From Candidatus Coprovivens sp. (lineage in GTDB: Bacteria > Bacillota_I > Bacilli_A > RF39 > UBA660): a stretch of 64,000 nucleotides of DNA. The stretch covers positions 44,477-108,476 of the forward strand of contig JBJFGS010000038.1 of NCBI GenBank assembly GCA_051892935.1, read 5' to 3'. Position 1 is the first letter of the stretch. Each line of letters opens with the position of its first letter. Of this stretch, positions 1-10,376 are shown piece by piece. The position numbers and the translations under genes were made by a program. The notes below the pieces were generated by a model. It saw only the letters and a program-made list of their open reading frames with translations. It was not told the origin of the DNA and made no database searches.

Positions 1-45
1 TACCACATTACGCAAGAAAAAGCCAATTTACATAAAAAAGGAGTA

Positions 46-1803
46 TTATTCTAATACTCCCTTAATTCTTCTAACACCTGCGGAACTAGCTTCTTCCTTC
101 TTAATTTTAAAATGCCCCAATTCACTAGTATTTTTAACATGTGGCCCACCACATAATTCTTTTGAAATAACACCATATTTATCATTACCAATTGAATAAA
201 CCGTAACTACATCAGGATACTTTTCAATAAACATACATTCAGCACCAGACTTAACAGCAACATCTTTTGGCATTTCTTCTACATTTACATCTAAACCAGC
301 ACTTATCCATTCATTTACCAAGTTTTCAGCAGCACTTTTTTCCTCATCAGTTAATTTATGATCACAACTAAAATCAAATCTCATTCTCTCAGAAGTTATA
401 TTAGAACCTTTTTGATGAACATCAGAACCAACCACTACCTTTAAAGCTGCGTTAAGTAAATGTGTACAAGTATGATACTTAGTTTCAACTTCTCCATCAC
501 CAGCTAATCCACCTTTAAATTTACCAGCAGAAGCCGTTCTACTCTTTTCTTGATGTTCTTTAAACTTAAGAGCAAAACCTTCAGAATCGACTTTTAATCC
601 TTGTTCTGATGCTAATTCTTCAGTAAGTTCTAAAGGAAAACCAAATGTATCAAATAATCTAAATGCTGTTGCTCCATCTAAATCTTCACCATTACGAGTT
701 ACCTTTTCAAATTCTCTCAAACCCTTTTCTAAAGTTCTATTAAATTTTATTTTCTCACTTCTAAGTACTTCTAAAACAATATCATAATTATCAACTAATT
801 CCTTATAATAACTCTTATATTTATCTAATATTAATTTAGCTATTTCTTGTTCCCAATCACCATTAATATCAATATTTAAAGTCTTAGCATGTCTAATAGC
901 TCTTCTAATTAGTCTTCTCAAAATATATCCTTGATCAGTATTACTAGGTTTAATTGAAGCTGGATCAGCACTTATAAAAACAGCAGTTCTTAAATGATCA
1001 GCAATTATTCTCATACTCTTTTTATTATCTTCATACTTAACACCAGATATTTTAGAAATAAGTTCGATAACATCTTTCCAGATAGAAGATTCATAATTAT
1101 CATTAACTCCTTCTAATATAGCAGTAGTTCTTTCAACACCCATACCAGTATCAACATTCTTCTTAGGTAATTCTGTTATACTGCCATCTTTACCTTTATT
1201 AAACTGCATAAAAACATTATTCCAGATTTCCACCCATCTATCATCTTCAGGATCAAAAATACTAGGTACCTCATCATCACTTCTAAAATAAAATATTTCC
1301 GTATCAGGTCCACAAGGTCCAGTTTCTCCAGCTATCCAGAAATTATCATCTACCGTACGAGCAATTCTTTCTTCAGGAATACCTAAACTTAACCATTTAT
1401 CATGACTTACTTGATCAAATGGAATTAACTCATTACCAGCAAAAACAGTAACAGCTAACTTTTCTATAGGTATATTTAAATACTTAGTTAAAAATTCAAA
1501 ACTCCATTCAATACTCTCATCTTTAAAGTAATCACCAAGACTCCAATTGCCTAACATTTCAAAGAACGTATGATGTGTTGTATCTCCTACTTCATCTAAG
1601 TCATTAGTTCTAATACATTTTTGATAATCACATAATCTTGTTCCATAAGGATGCTTTTGCCCCATTAAATATGGTATTAATGGCATCATTCCAGCAGTAT
1701 TAAATAATACAGATGGATCATTTTCAGGTACTACAGGAGCACTAGGTATTTGTTTATGTTCTTTACTAACAAAAAAATTAATATATAAATCTTTTAAATT
1801 CAT
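46..1803 (-). CDS. alaS: Alanine--tRNA ligase, short form (catalytic plus editing domain, no C-Ala domain)
   Basis: Motifs FNTAGM, HHTFFEMLGNWS, GPCGP, EIWNNVFMQF, DTGMGVER; editing HTCTH and ELCGGPH; 585 aa ending at GVRRI. Confidence 0.96.
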   Translation of the reverse strand: MNLKDLYINFFVSKEHKQIPSAPVVPENDPSVLFNTAGMMPLIPYLMGQKHPYGTRLCDYQKCIRTNDLDEVGDTTHHTFFEMLGNWSLGDYFKDESIEWSFEFLTKYLNIPIEKLAVTVFAGNELIPFDQVSHDKWLSLGIPEERIARTVDDNFWIAGETGPCGPDTEIFYFRSDDEVPSIFDPEDDRWVEIWNNVFMQFNKGKDGSITELPKKNVDTGMGVERTTAILEGVNDNYESSIWKDVIELISKISGVKYEDNKKSMRIIADHLRTAVFISADPASIKPSNTDQGYILRRLIRRAIRHAKTLNIDINGDWEQEIAKLILDKYKSYYKELVDNYDIVLEVLRSEKIKFNRTLEKGLREFEKVTRNGEDLDGATAFRLFDTFGFPLELTEELASEQGLKVDSEGFALKFKEHQEKSRTASAGKFKGGLAGDGEVETKYHTCTHLLNAALKVVVGSDVHQKGSNITSERMRFDFSCDHKLTDEEKSAAENLVNEWISAGLDVNVEEMPKDVAVKSGAECMFIEKYPDVVTVYSIGNDKYGVISKELCGGPHVKNTSELGHFKIKKEEASSAGVRRIKGVLE

Positions 1804-1804
1804 T

Positions 1805-2323
1805 CTACTTCATTCCTTCCAATATCTCTTTTACTTTTATTTCCAAATTAGAATCAAAATCATTCATAATAATATAATCAAAATTATTATAAGAATCTAA
1901 TTCAGTTTCAGTATGATGCATTTTTTCACTATAAGTTAAATCTCTAATACTTTTATTACAATTAACTCTAATAGTAATTGTTTCATAATCAATTAATTTC
2001 TTAAAATACTCAATTTCATTTATTAATCTAACATCACTAATTACAACATTAGAAATTCCTTCACTTTCATAAACCTTTATATCTTCTAATAAACGATTAG
2101 TTAAAAAATTCTCATCAATCGCTCGTAACTTATCCCCCATATTTTGTAGATATTCTCTAGGTTTTGTAATATCTCTTCCATCCCAATTAGTTAATTCTAA
2201 CGTAAATAATTTTATATATTTACTAAAAGAAGTAATAACAGTATTATCAAGATTATTCTTTATAATATCAGCGACTTCATTTTTACCACATCCAGCTTTA
2301 CCAGCAACTAAAAATATCTTCAT
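1805..2323 (-). CDS. P-loop nucleoside-monophosphate kinase (dNMP kinase / phosphomevalonate kinase-like)
   Basis: GKAGCGK P-loop, ISDVR and H.TE..LD...FD..I.N motifs; start moved to ATG 2323 behind RBS AAGGAG. Confidence 0.7.
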   Translation of the reverse strand: MKIFLVAGKAGCGKNEVADIIKNNLDNTVITSFSKYIKLFTLELTNWDGRDITKPREYLQNMGDKLRAIDENFLTNRLLEDIKVYESEGISNVVISDVRLINEIEYFKKLIDYETITIRVNCNKSIRDLTYSEKMHHTETELDSYNNFDYIIMNDFDSNLEIKVKEILEGMK

Positions 2324-2340
2324 AAGAACACTCCTTAAAT

Positions 2341-2525
2341 AAAAAACCACATTACTTGCCAAGGAGCAAATAATGCGGTACCATCCTTTATTTTACTTAA
2401 TTCATATAACGGTTTAATCCGGTTAATCTCAGATAGGTAGCTATTTCCTTTTTCTTTTTCTTAGTTCCCACCAACCACTAAGTCTCTATAAAATTTCCAA
2501 AGTACTTTGCCTTCTTCATAGATTA
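2341..2525 (-). promoter_or_regulatory. T-box riboswitch, Ala (GCU) specifier
   Basis: Minus strand: AGUA/GAA S-turn, AGAGA and GGUG boxes, specifier GCU at 2439-2441, T-box AAGGAUGGUACCGC at about 2375-2388, then hairpin ACCGCAUUAUUUGC/GCAAGUAAUGUGGU and a U-run; upstream of kinase-alaS. Confidence 0.9.
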
Positions 2526-2594
2526 ATAACAAAATCAATAACTAGATTATATATGAATATTTTAAATTTGTAAAGTTTAAATTATTTTTTTAAT

Positions 2595-5447
2595 TTAAAT
2601 ATGTACACCTTTCTTAGCAGAAAGAGCATAACTTGAAAGTCGCTGTTCATTTTTTAATTTTATAGCAGAACGCACAACACCGGATAAATAAGTATAATTT
2701 AAAGAATCAAAAGAATGCTTTAATATTTGTATTGCACTCTCTAAATCATCCATATCAAAAAAGTATTTTTCACCAAAACAACTATCACTAAACCATCCTT
2801 GTTCTGTTAGTTCTCTGCAAGCCTTAATAACATTAGGAGAGACAGAGTAACTATTATTAGCATCCAACACTTTCATAGGAACTCTTGCATTTGCAGATGT
2901 TTTAATATGGAATTCAAAGTTAGAATCAATACCTTTGCTCATTTTTGTTTCATTATAAGTGTCATAGAATTCTAAAATAGCATTATTCATCGAAGGTATT
3001 ATAACATTAGGAAGATGTAACATATGAACACTATGAGTAAATTCCAAATACTTATCTAACATATATAAAACTGCACAATTGGAATTACTATCATACCTAA
3101 TATCTATAAGATAACCGTATTTTTCATAAAACTGACTAGCTTCTTCTTTAGTTACTCTTAAAGAATCACTATTATCATTGTTTTCCGTTCTCATCTTCTT
3201 CAAGTCTTCATAGAATTTTATAATAATATTTTTAATAAATTCTTCTTTATAATCAAAATCATTTACACATTCGATTGCCAAATCAAAATATAATGAATAA
3301 AATTCAGAATCACTAACAAATTTATCTAAAAAAGAATCAATAAATGAAGAATTAAAATCTCCATTTTTTACATTACCTAAATATTGTATCAAAGCACTTC
3401 TTTTATCAGTAACAGAAGAATCACATAATATAGTTCTTACTTTCTTAATAACAGAAGACAATTTACTTCCATACAACAGATTATTAGGAATCAAACAATT
3501 ATCTTTTATATCAGATAAAAGCCTATCTGTTACCTTCTTCAATTCATTAAATTTAAAAGTAAAATTTTTCGCAAACAGATTAGAATAATGATCAACTACT
3601 CTTAAATAATTATATATTGTATAATCACTTACATCATGAGCCATATTATTTTCCAAATATGCAAAATATATTAAAGTATGTATTCTATCCCTTTTCCAAT
3701 TGAAAACTTTGTTTTTATATAAATCTTTCATTGCATAACTACCATCACTATTTGGAAGTGTATAATAATTATTTTTATAAAAATCATCAAGATTAATTCT
3801 AGAATGATATCGTAAAGCCATAATATCAAATAATTTAATAATATCTTTTTCACTCATACTATCTGAACTAAAATCAAAGTCTTCTAATTTAAAAGATAAA
3901 CACGTTTCAATAGAACCATAAAAACCATACTCTTTCATTTCTTCAAATCGATAAAAAGAATCACCAATTTCATCATTAATACCAGAATCCTCTATATTAA
4001 AATAATTAATTATCTGAGGATTTATTTTTAATAAATCTATAAAAGATTCACAAAACCTATTATTACTTTTACGTAAGTTTTTTAAAATGAAATCATATAT
4101 ATCTTCAAAAGAACAATTTAAATCTTTTAAAGATTTAAAATAATTTTCACAAAGTAAAAAGTAAACAGCAAAATTATTACTATTAATATCAGGAAATGAC
4201 ATTAAAGAAGCATCGCCTTTATAACAAAGAGAACCATAATCATTAATATAATAATCGGAAAATATTTCTTTTACTTTTAAAATGGCATCATCATAAGAAA
4301 TCTTACCATCTATTTCATCTTTCTTTATTTGAGCAATAGCTTTCATAGTATTAAGAGTATAAATAGAGCCACCTCTACCAATTCTAAATAAACTATTACT
4401 ATTCTTATCAAGATAATAATATAAATAAAGTTTTGAACCTAATTCATCGGCAATAATATTAGATAAATCGCAAAAATCAGCAATCTTATAGGATAAAAAA
4501 CCTGAAAAATCAATATAAGAATCTAAACTCATAACAATCTCATCAAACAATGATAGATTTTCATCCTTCATAAAATAATCAAAAATATTAAAATTTGATG
4601 AAAATAAATTTTTACTAATACTATCCAATCTATTAAATATTTCTTTAAAAGAACCAAAAATAGATTTATAGGATCTTAATTTTTCAATTTTATGTTTCAA
4701 ATCAGTATAAAATATCCCTATATTATTTAAAGGTGCATATCGTTCTTTAAAAAAAGCAATATCTTCAGACAATTTAAAAGAATAAAAAGGAAAAGCGCCA
4801 TCAACTAAAGGTATTTGACACATCTCACATATACTTAAATTATTAATAATACTTGGAATACGATTTAAAATCAACTTATCAAAACAGTAATTAGAAATAT
4901 TATATCCAATATCGTAATGTGTTGGTAAAAGTGTATAAAATAATCTAGGGATATCACTATTATGAGCAATATCATTAATTATACTACTAAAATCATCAAT
5001 GCTTCCATAAGCTTCATAAACATCTTCACTAGGAACAGAATCAACAATCAAAGAATGTTCTACTTCAAGTGTATCAAGAGAAACATGAGTAAGAGAAAAA
5101 TCTCTATAAGAAAATAAATTATATAAAAGTTTTACATCATCAATTATATTAATAGTACCATTAGTTCGTTTTTTTAAATCAATTAAATACTCAAAATTCT
5201 TATAAATACAATCAAAATTTCCTTCAAAAACAGCTTTAACAAAAAAAAATCTAAAATTTTTATCATAAAAATAGTTTTTTTTATCTAAATCCAATATCAG
5301 TCTTGAAAGATTATAATAATTAGAAAGAATAATATATAGATTTTCATTTTTCTTTTGAGAATAATCTGGTAATTCAAAATCTCTACTTACAATATTATAC
5401 AAAGATTCTAAAAAACTATCATCAAATATATTTTGTATACTACCCAT
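2595..5447 (-). CDS. Large hypothetical protein (950 aa)
   Basis: Long ORF with RBS GGTAGG; no family recognised. Confidence 0.75.
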   Translation of the reverse strand: MGSIQNIFDDSFLESLYNIVSRDFELPDYSQKKNENLYIILSNYYNLSRLILDLDKKNYFYDKNFRFFFVKAVFEGNFDCIYKNFEYLIDLKKRTNGTINIIDDVKLLYNLFSYRDFSLTHVSLDTLEVEHSLIVDSVPSEDVYEAYGSIDDFSSIINDIAHNSDIPRLFYTLLPTHYDIGYNISNYCFDKLILNRIPSIINNLSICEMCQIPLVDGAFPFYSFKLSEDIAFFKERYAPLNNIGIFYTDLKHKIEKLRSYKSIFGSFKEIFNRLDSISKNLFSSNFNIFDYFMKDENLSLFDEIVMSLDSYIDFSGFLSYKIADFCDLSNIIADELGSKLYLYYYLDKNSNSLFRIGRGGSIYTLNTMKAIAQIKKDEIDGKISYDDAILKVKEIFSDYYINDYGSLCYKGDASLMSFPDINSNNFAVYFLLCENYFKSLKDLNCSFEDIYDFILKNLRKSNNRFCESFIDLLKINPQIINYFNIEDSGINDEIGDSFYRFEEMKEYGFYGSIETCLSFKLEDFDFSSDSMSEKDIIKLFDIMALRYHSRINLDDFYKNNYYTLPNSDGSYAMKDLYKNKVFNWKRDRIHTLIYFAYLENNMAHDVSDYTIYNYLRVVDHYSNLFAKNFTFKFNELKKVTDRLLSDIKDNCLIPNNLLYGSKLSSVIKKVRTILCDSSVTDKRSALIQYLGNVKNGDFNSSFIDSFLDKFVSDSEFYSLYFDLAIECVNDFDYKEEFIKNIIIKFYEDLKKMRTENNDNSDSLRVTKEEASQFYEKYGYLIDIRYDSNSNCAVLYMLDKYLEFTHSVHMLHLPNVIIPSMNNAILEFYDTYNETKMSKGIDSNFEFHIKTSANARVPMKVLDANNSYSVSPNVIKACRELTEQGWFSDSCFGEKYFFDMDDLESAIQILKHSFDSLNYTYLSGVVRSAIKLKNEQRLSSYALSAKKGVHI

Positions 5448-5504
5448 ATCCTACCACTATCCTACATTTATTATAACAAAAAAAAGAAATGTTTTAAACA
5501 TTTC

Positions 5505-6104
5505 TTATATATTAGGTGCTTTAGGTTTAAAGTATAATTGGATTCCTTCATCTTCAGGAATTGAATAAACAAGTCCCATTAATTTTTTCTCATTAAGTTC
5601 TTTCTTCAACTCTTCTTTTCTTCCTTTATTTCCAAATATTTTCTTTAATTCTTTAGCAAATTTAATTGGACTATTATATAAAGCAATAGCACAAACATAA
5701 ACAAAAGCAGTTAAATAATCATCAGTAGATATTTCAAAAGTCATTAAACCCAACCAAAACATTGTAAGATAAACTAAACACTTACGATTTCTAAAAAAAA
5801 CTTCAAACAATTTTTTAAAAAATAATTTAAATTTACTCATTTTTAATATTTCAGCTTCTGATAAATCTCTTATTTCCATAACTTTTTGATATGTTTTTAT
5901 ACTATCATCTGGAGACTTCATCTTAACTTGTTTATCAGTTATAACACTATAATTGTCATCGATATCCAATTCTCCACTAAAACTTAAACCTGTTTCCTCG
6001 ATAGGCAACATCATAGTTAAAATTTCAAATTCAAAAACTGAATCACAATAAAAGTTTCTATTTTCACTTTCTTCTTCAAGTCCAAATTCAACATCTTCAG
6101 CCAT
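5505..6104 (-). CDS. Hypothetical membrane protein
   Basis: ATG 6104 behind GGGGAG; two hydrophobic segments. Confidence 0.7.
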   Translation of the reverse strand: MAEDVEFGLEEESENRNFYCDSVFEFEILTMMLPIEETGLSFSGELDIDDNYSVITDKQVKMKSPDDSIKTYQKVMEIRDLSEAEILKMSKFKLFFKKLFEVFFRNRKCLVYLTMFWLGLMTFEISTDDYLTAFVYVCAIALYNSPIKFAKELKKIFGNKGRKEELKKELNEKKLMGLVYSIPEDEGIQLYFKPKAPNI

Positions 6105-6263
6105 AATAAAACTCCCCTTTTTTCGTAGTGTTATTATATAAAAAACTTTTAAAAAAAGCAAATTCTCTATAACAACTTTAATTCTTTGCTAAATCTTGTC
6201 TCTATTAACATATTTATTATTTCATCTTCTAAAATACATTATATACAAAACAAAAAAATACCA

Positions 6264-6578
6264 CTATTGTGATATCTTACCCAATACCGGACCATCACCA
6301 ATTGAAGCTTGTTCTTTCATCACTTCTTGATAGCAATTCATTCCATAATGATTTAATTCATCTAACTTTTCATAATCAGTAATAACACGTAAAATTCCTT
6401 CTAGCCCAGTAGTAATACCATATAAAGCTTTAAATTCCGCAACATTAATATACTTTGCCATACAATTATTTAAATAATAATTCAAAGAAATTCTTCTGCC
6501 TTCAGTTAAATCACAATATCTTTCAAACATCATCATAACATAATCATATAAATTCATTTGATCTATTAGTTCTTCCAT
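6264..6578 (-). CDS. Hypothetical protein
   Basis: 104-aa ORF with RBS AGGGGG. Confidence 0.65.
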   Translation of the reverse strand: MEELIDQMNLYDYVMMMFERYCDLTEGRRISLNYYLNNCMAKYINVAEFKALYGITTGLEGILRVITDYEKLDELNHYGMNCYQEVMKEQASIGDGPVLGKISQ

Positions 6579-6624
6579 TTATTTCTTCCCCCTTAATAAA
6601 GACAGGAATTTCATTGTACAATTT

Positions 6625-7662
6625 TTAATATTTAAAGTCAAGTATATCTTTTTTACATTTCTTAATCACTTTATTAAAGTTATCTATTAATACTTTTAAG
6701 ATTGCAAGTACTGGAGTTGCAAAAATCATTCCAAAAATACCAAACAATCTTCCAAACACTAATAATCCTACTATAACAATTACTGGACTTATCTTAATAC
6801 TCTTACTCATTATAATAGGTTGCAAAACATAATTTTCAACACATTGAACAGCTACACAAGATATTATAGTTAAAATACCTAAAAACTTACTTTCAGTTAA
6901 ACCAACTAATACAGCTGTAATCCCACCTATATAAGGACCAATATAAGGAATTAAATCTGTAACACCACATATCATTCCTAGTAAAAAAGGCGAATCAATA
7001 CCAATAATCAAAAATGATATACTATCTAATAAAAAAACAAAGCTTGCAATTAATATAGTACCATTAACACATCTTCTAACATTATCACTAACTTCTCTTG
7101 ATAAATTAATAAAAACACACTTATATTTCATAGGAATTATTCTGTACACATAACATATTATTTTTTCATAATCCATACTAATATAAAGTCCTAATATCAA
7201 ACCCATTACAATAACACCAACATACTTAAATACACTACCAACAAAAGTAATTAATAAATTAGGAACCTTATTAACAATAAAAGAAATACCTTTATCTAAA
7301 AACTCTCTAAATCCCAATACTTCAACTTTTTCTTCAATAGTATTAAAAAATTTAGGTAACATTTCAATAATTTCAAATACTTCTTTATACAATAAAGGAA
7401 CAACAAAATAAACAAACAATCCAAATAAAACAACAATTATCAAAAATAATAATACACAAATAATATTTCTGTTAATTTTCTTACTAAATTTATTAACTAA
7501 TGGATTAATCATCCAAGCATATATGAATCCTATAAATAAAGGAATAAATACATTAAAAATAATAACTACATACTTAAAAATATTTAGATATTTAAATAAA
7601 AATACTATTAAAATAGACGAAATAAGTATTAACACTAATTCTTTCAATTTATCTATTCTCAT
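6625..7662 (-). CDS. AI-2E family exporter (YrrI-like)
   Basis: Multi-TM; LIPYIGPY, Q.VENY.LQP.IM and FGI.GM..A.P motifs. Confidence 0.9.
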   Translation of the reverse strand: MRIDKLKELVLILISSILIVFLFKYLNIFKYVVIIFNVFIPLFIGFIYAWMINPLVNKFSKKINRNIICVLLFLIIVVLFGLFVYFVVPLLYKEVFEIIEMLPKFFNTIEEKVEVLGFREFLDKGISFIVNKVPNLLITFVGSVFKYVGVIVMGLILGLYISMDYEKIICYVYRIIPMKYKCVFINLSREVSDNVRRCVNGTILIASFVFLLDSISFLIIGIDSPFLLGMICGVTDLIPYIGPYIGGITAVLVGLTESKFLGILTIISCVAVQCVENYVLQPIIMSKSIKISPVIVIVGLLVFGRLFGIFGMIFATPVLAILKVLIDNFNKVIKKCKKDILDFKY

Positions 7663-7675
7663 ATATCACCTATAT

Positions 7676-7698
7676 AAAAAAGGACCAAATAAGGTCCT
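7676..7698 (-). terminator. Intrinsic terminator after the small ORF
   Basis: AGGACC-loop-GGTCCT followed by a T-run on the minus strand. Confidence 0.7.
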
Positions 7699-7834
7699 AC
7701 ATTTCTTCAATAATACAATATGTATCATTTTTCATTTTATTCTTAATACAACTAACTACAATACCAAGAGCCATTGACATAACAGAAGCCGATACTAGTA
7801 TCATCATCTCTTTTTTACTTATTTTTTTCATCAT
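7697..7834 (-). CDS. Small single-TM protein, 45 aa (below ORF-track cutoff; YrzQ-like position)
   Basis: RBS GAGGTG; MMKKISKKEMMILVSASVMSMALGIVVSCIKNKMKNDTYCIIEEM; followed by a terminator. Confidence 0.7.
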   Translation of the reverse strand: MMKKISKKEMMILVSASVMSMALGIVVSCIKNKMKNDTYCIIEEM

Positions 7835-7852
7835 AATCACCTCTATTAGGTA

Positions 7853-10057
7853 TTATGCATCATTTTCTACAAATTTATTCAGTATTTGTTCTCTTAAATT
7901 AGTCTTTCTATTATTAGAATAATCATTATTAACAGCCATAACAAAGCTTTCTTCTTCCCCAATAATTATTAAACTCTTTTTAGCTCTAGAAACTCCTGTA
8001 TAAATAAGTTTATTATAAAGCATCTTATAATAAGCTTTACTAATAGGCATTATTACATGAGCAAACTCAGATCCCTGACTCTTATGTATCGTAATAGCAT
8101 AAGCATGCTTAATATTAATTAAATCTTCTCTAGTATATTGAACTTCATTACCATCAAAATCAATCGTAAAAACATCCTTATTCTTACTTCCTATCATAGT
8201 TCCTATACTACTAATATAGCCTATGTCACCATTAAATATATTATTATCAGGATCATTTACTAATTGTAAAACTTTATCTCCAACTCTATAAGTTAAATCA
8301 CCAACCTTAGTTTCCTTTTTATCAGGATGTTTAGGATTAAATATTTCTTGTAATAAAATATTTAAATTATCAATACCATTTTCTCCTTTATACATCGGAG
8401 CTAATACTTGAATATCTTCTTCAGTAAGACCTTTTTCCTTACTCATTACACATATTCTTCTAATCATTTCTTTAATAGTCAAACCACTTGCATGTAAAAA
8501 ATTATAATCATCAGTTTGTTTCATAAACTCATTACTTAAATTATGTTCTTTAATCTCCTTAGCAAGTATTGGTATATATGAATTATCACTTTGACGATAA
8601 ATCTGTTCTAAAGTAGTATGTGTAAACATATCAGAATCAATCAAATCATTTAATATTAAACCAGGTCCCACACTAGGCAATTGATTACTATCTCCAACCA
8701 AAACTAATGTAATATTATGACCTATACCTTGTAATAAAGATGCAAATAAATAAGTATCAATCATACTAGTTTCATCTACAATAATAAGTTTATGATAATT
8801 CTTATTATATTCATTTATTTGAAATTCATTTTTCTCTTTATTCCATTTTAAATATCTATGAATAGTCATTGCTGGCAATCCAGTAGAATCACTCATCTTT
8901 TTAGCAGCCCTACCAGTCGGTGCAAGTAACGCAATATCATTAATAATTTCCTTATAATTTAAATTATGAATTCTAACATACAGCTTAACTATACTATTTA
9001 TAATAGTTGTTTTCCCAGTCCCAGGTCCACCTGTAATAATACTTATTCTGTTAGTTAAAGCATTTTTAATAGCTTTCTTTTGATCGGCATTATATCGAAC
9101 ATCATACTCTAGTTGAACTGCCGCAATTAAATCATCAAAATTATTAACTCTTGTTTTACTATGCCTACTAATCATTTCCAAATTATCAGCAATAATTTCC
9201 TCATAATCATAATAATCTTTTAAAAAATATTTCTTTTTTTTGACAACAATATCTTTATTCTTCTTTAACTTATCTAGATATTCATCAAACTCATCTTCTT
9301 CTATAAATATCTTAAATTCATTTCTAATAGTACTAAATATTTCTTCTTTATCTAAATATGTATCTCCATTTTTAAATCCAACTCTTTTAAACGTTTCAAT
9401 TATACAAGCAAGTACCCTTTCTTCACATTCTGCATCTTTCATACTTAAAAATACTTTATCTAATTTAGTAAAATCTATAATATCTATAAGTTTATATATA
9501 TCATTTTTTACAATTTCTAAACTACTTTCTCCCCATTTATTTAAAATAGCTAAAGCTTCATTAATTGTAAAACTCAACTTCTTAAGTTCGACTATTATTT
9601 GATCAGTACTTTGATATTTAACAATCGAATTATATATTCTTTTAGCTTTAACTTCACTTATTCCAGGTACTAACATCAAATTTTCATAATTATCTTTTAT
9701 TAAAGTTAAAGCATCTTCGCCTAACGTTTCAACTATAGCAATAGCTGTTTTCTCTCCACATCCTTTTACTAAAGAACTAGATAAAAAATCTATTATAGCA
9801 TCTTTTCCTTTAGGTTCTTCTCTTTCATAACTAGATACTTGAAATTGACTACCATATCTTTCATTATATACATATTTACCAATCAACTTATAATAATCTT
9901 CGTTATTTAAATCAGCAAAATATCCCGTAAAAGTAATCGTTTTATTAATATACTCCTCCATTTCGGAAGAAGCCTCTTTAACTCTAAATAGCCCTACTTT
10001 ATATCCATTATCTGATTCAAAAATCATTTGTTTAAATTTTCCTCTAATGTAATCCAT
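7853..10057 (-). CDS. recD2: ATP-dependent RecD-like DNA helicase
   Basis: TGGPGTGKT, APTGRAA, VDE.SM, GD..QLPSVG, AITIHKSQGSE; N-terminal YrrC-type extension. Confidence 0.95.
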   Translation of the reverse strand: MDYIRGKFKQMIFESDNGYKVGLFRVKEASSEMEEYINKTITFTGYFADLNNEDYYKLIGKYVYNERYGSQFQVSSYEREEPKGKDAIIDFLSSSLVKGCGEKTAIAIVETLGEDALTLIKDNYENLMLVPGISEVKAKRIYNSIVKYQSTDQIIVELKKLSFTINEALAILNKWGESSLEIVKNDIYKLIDIIDFTKLDKVFLSMKDAECEERVLACIIETFKRVGFKNGDTYLDKEEIFSTIRNEFKIFIEEDEFDEYLDKLKKNKDIVVKKKKYFLKDYYDYEEIIADNLEMISRHSKTRVNNFDDLIAAVQLEYDVRYNADQKKAIKNALTNRISIITGGPGTGKTTIINSIVKLYVRIHNLNYKEIINDIALLAPTGRAAKKMSDSTGLPAMTIHRYLKWNKEKNEFQINEYNKNYHKLIIVDETSMIDTYLFASLLQGIGHNITLVLVGDSNQLPSVGPGLILNDLIDSDMFTHTTLEQIYRQSDNSYIPILAKEIKEHNLSNEFMKQTDDYNFLHASGLTIKEMIRRICVMSKEKGLTEEDIQVLAPMYKGENGIDNLNILLQEIFNPKHPDKKETKVGDLTYRVGDKVLQLVNDPDNNIFNGDIGYISSIGTMIGSKNKDVFTIDFDGNEVQYTREDLINIKHAYAITIHKSQGSEFAHVIMPISKAYYKMLYNKLIYTGVSRAKKSLIIIGEEESFVMAVNNDYSNNRKTNLREQILNKFVENDA

Positions 10058-10094
10058 GTAAGTATCACCTTATTAAATTTTATCACGTAGAAAC

Positions 10095-10122
10095 AAAAAA
10101 AGCGAATATATTTTCGCTTTTT
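10095..10122. terminator. Intrinsic terminator
   Basis: AAAAAGCGAA-loop-TTCGCTTTTT. Confidence 0.65.
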
Positions 10123-10133
10123 ACAAAAATGAC

Positions 10134-10367
10134 TTACAACTTATCATGATGTTTTTGATTAAATAACAACAAAGCCTTATCAAATTCATTATCACTATCT
10201 AGTCCAATTAAAAGTTCTGAATTAATTTTATTATTAACTTTTCTAATACAAAAATCTTCTTCATCAGAAACATTAGTTAAATAAACATATGTATTATAAT
10301 CACAATCAATTTCATCTAATACCATATATTCTAAACCATCTTCTAATGTAATACACTTCATTTCCAT
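10134..10367 (-). CDS. DUF1292-like small acidic protein
   Basis: ITLEDG.EY..LDE....Y.YL and L..LD.D.EF pattern. Confidence 0.6.
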   Translation of the reverse strand: MEMKCITLEDGLEYMVLDEIDCDYNTYVYLTNVSDEEDFCIRKVNNKINSELLIGLDSDNEFDKALLLFNQKHHDKL

Positions 10368-10376
10368 AAAATCACC

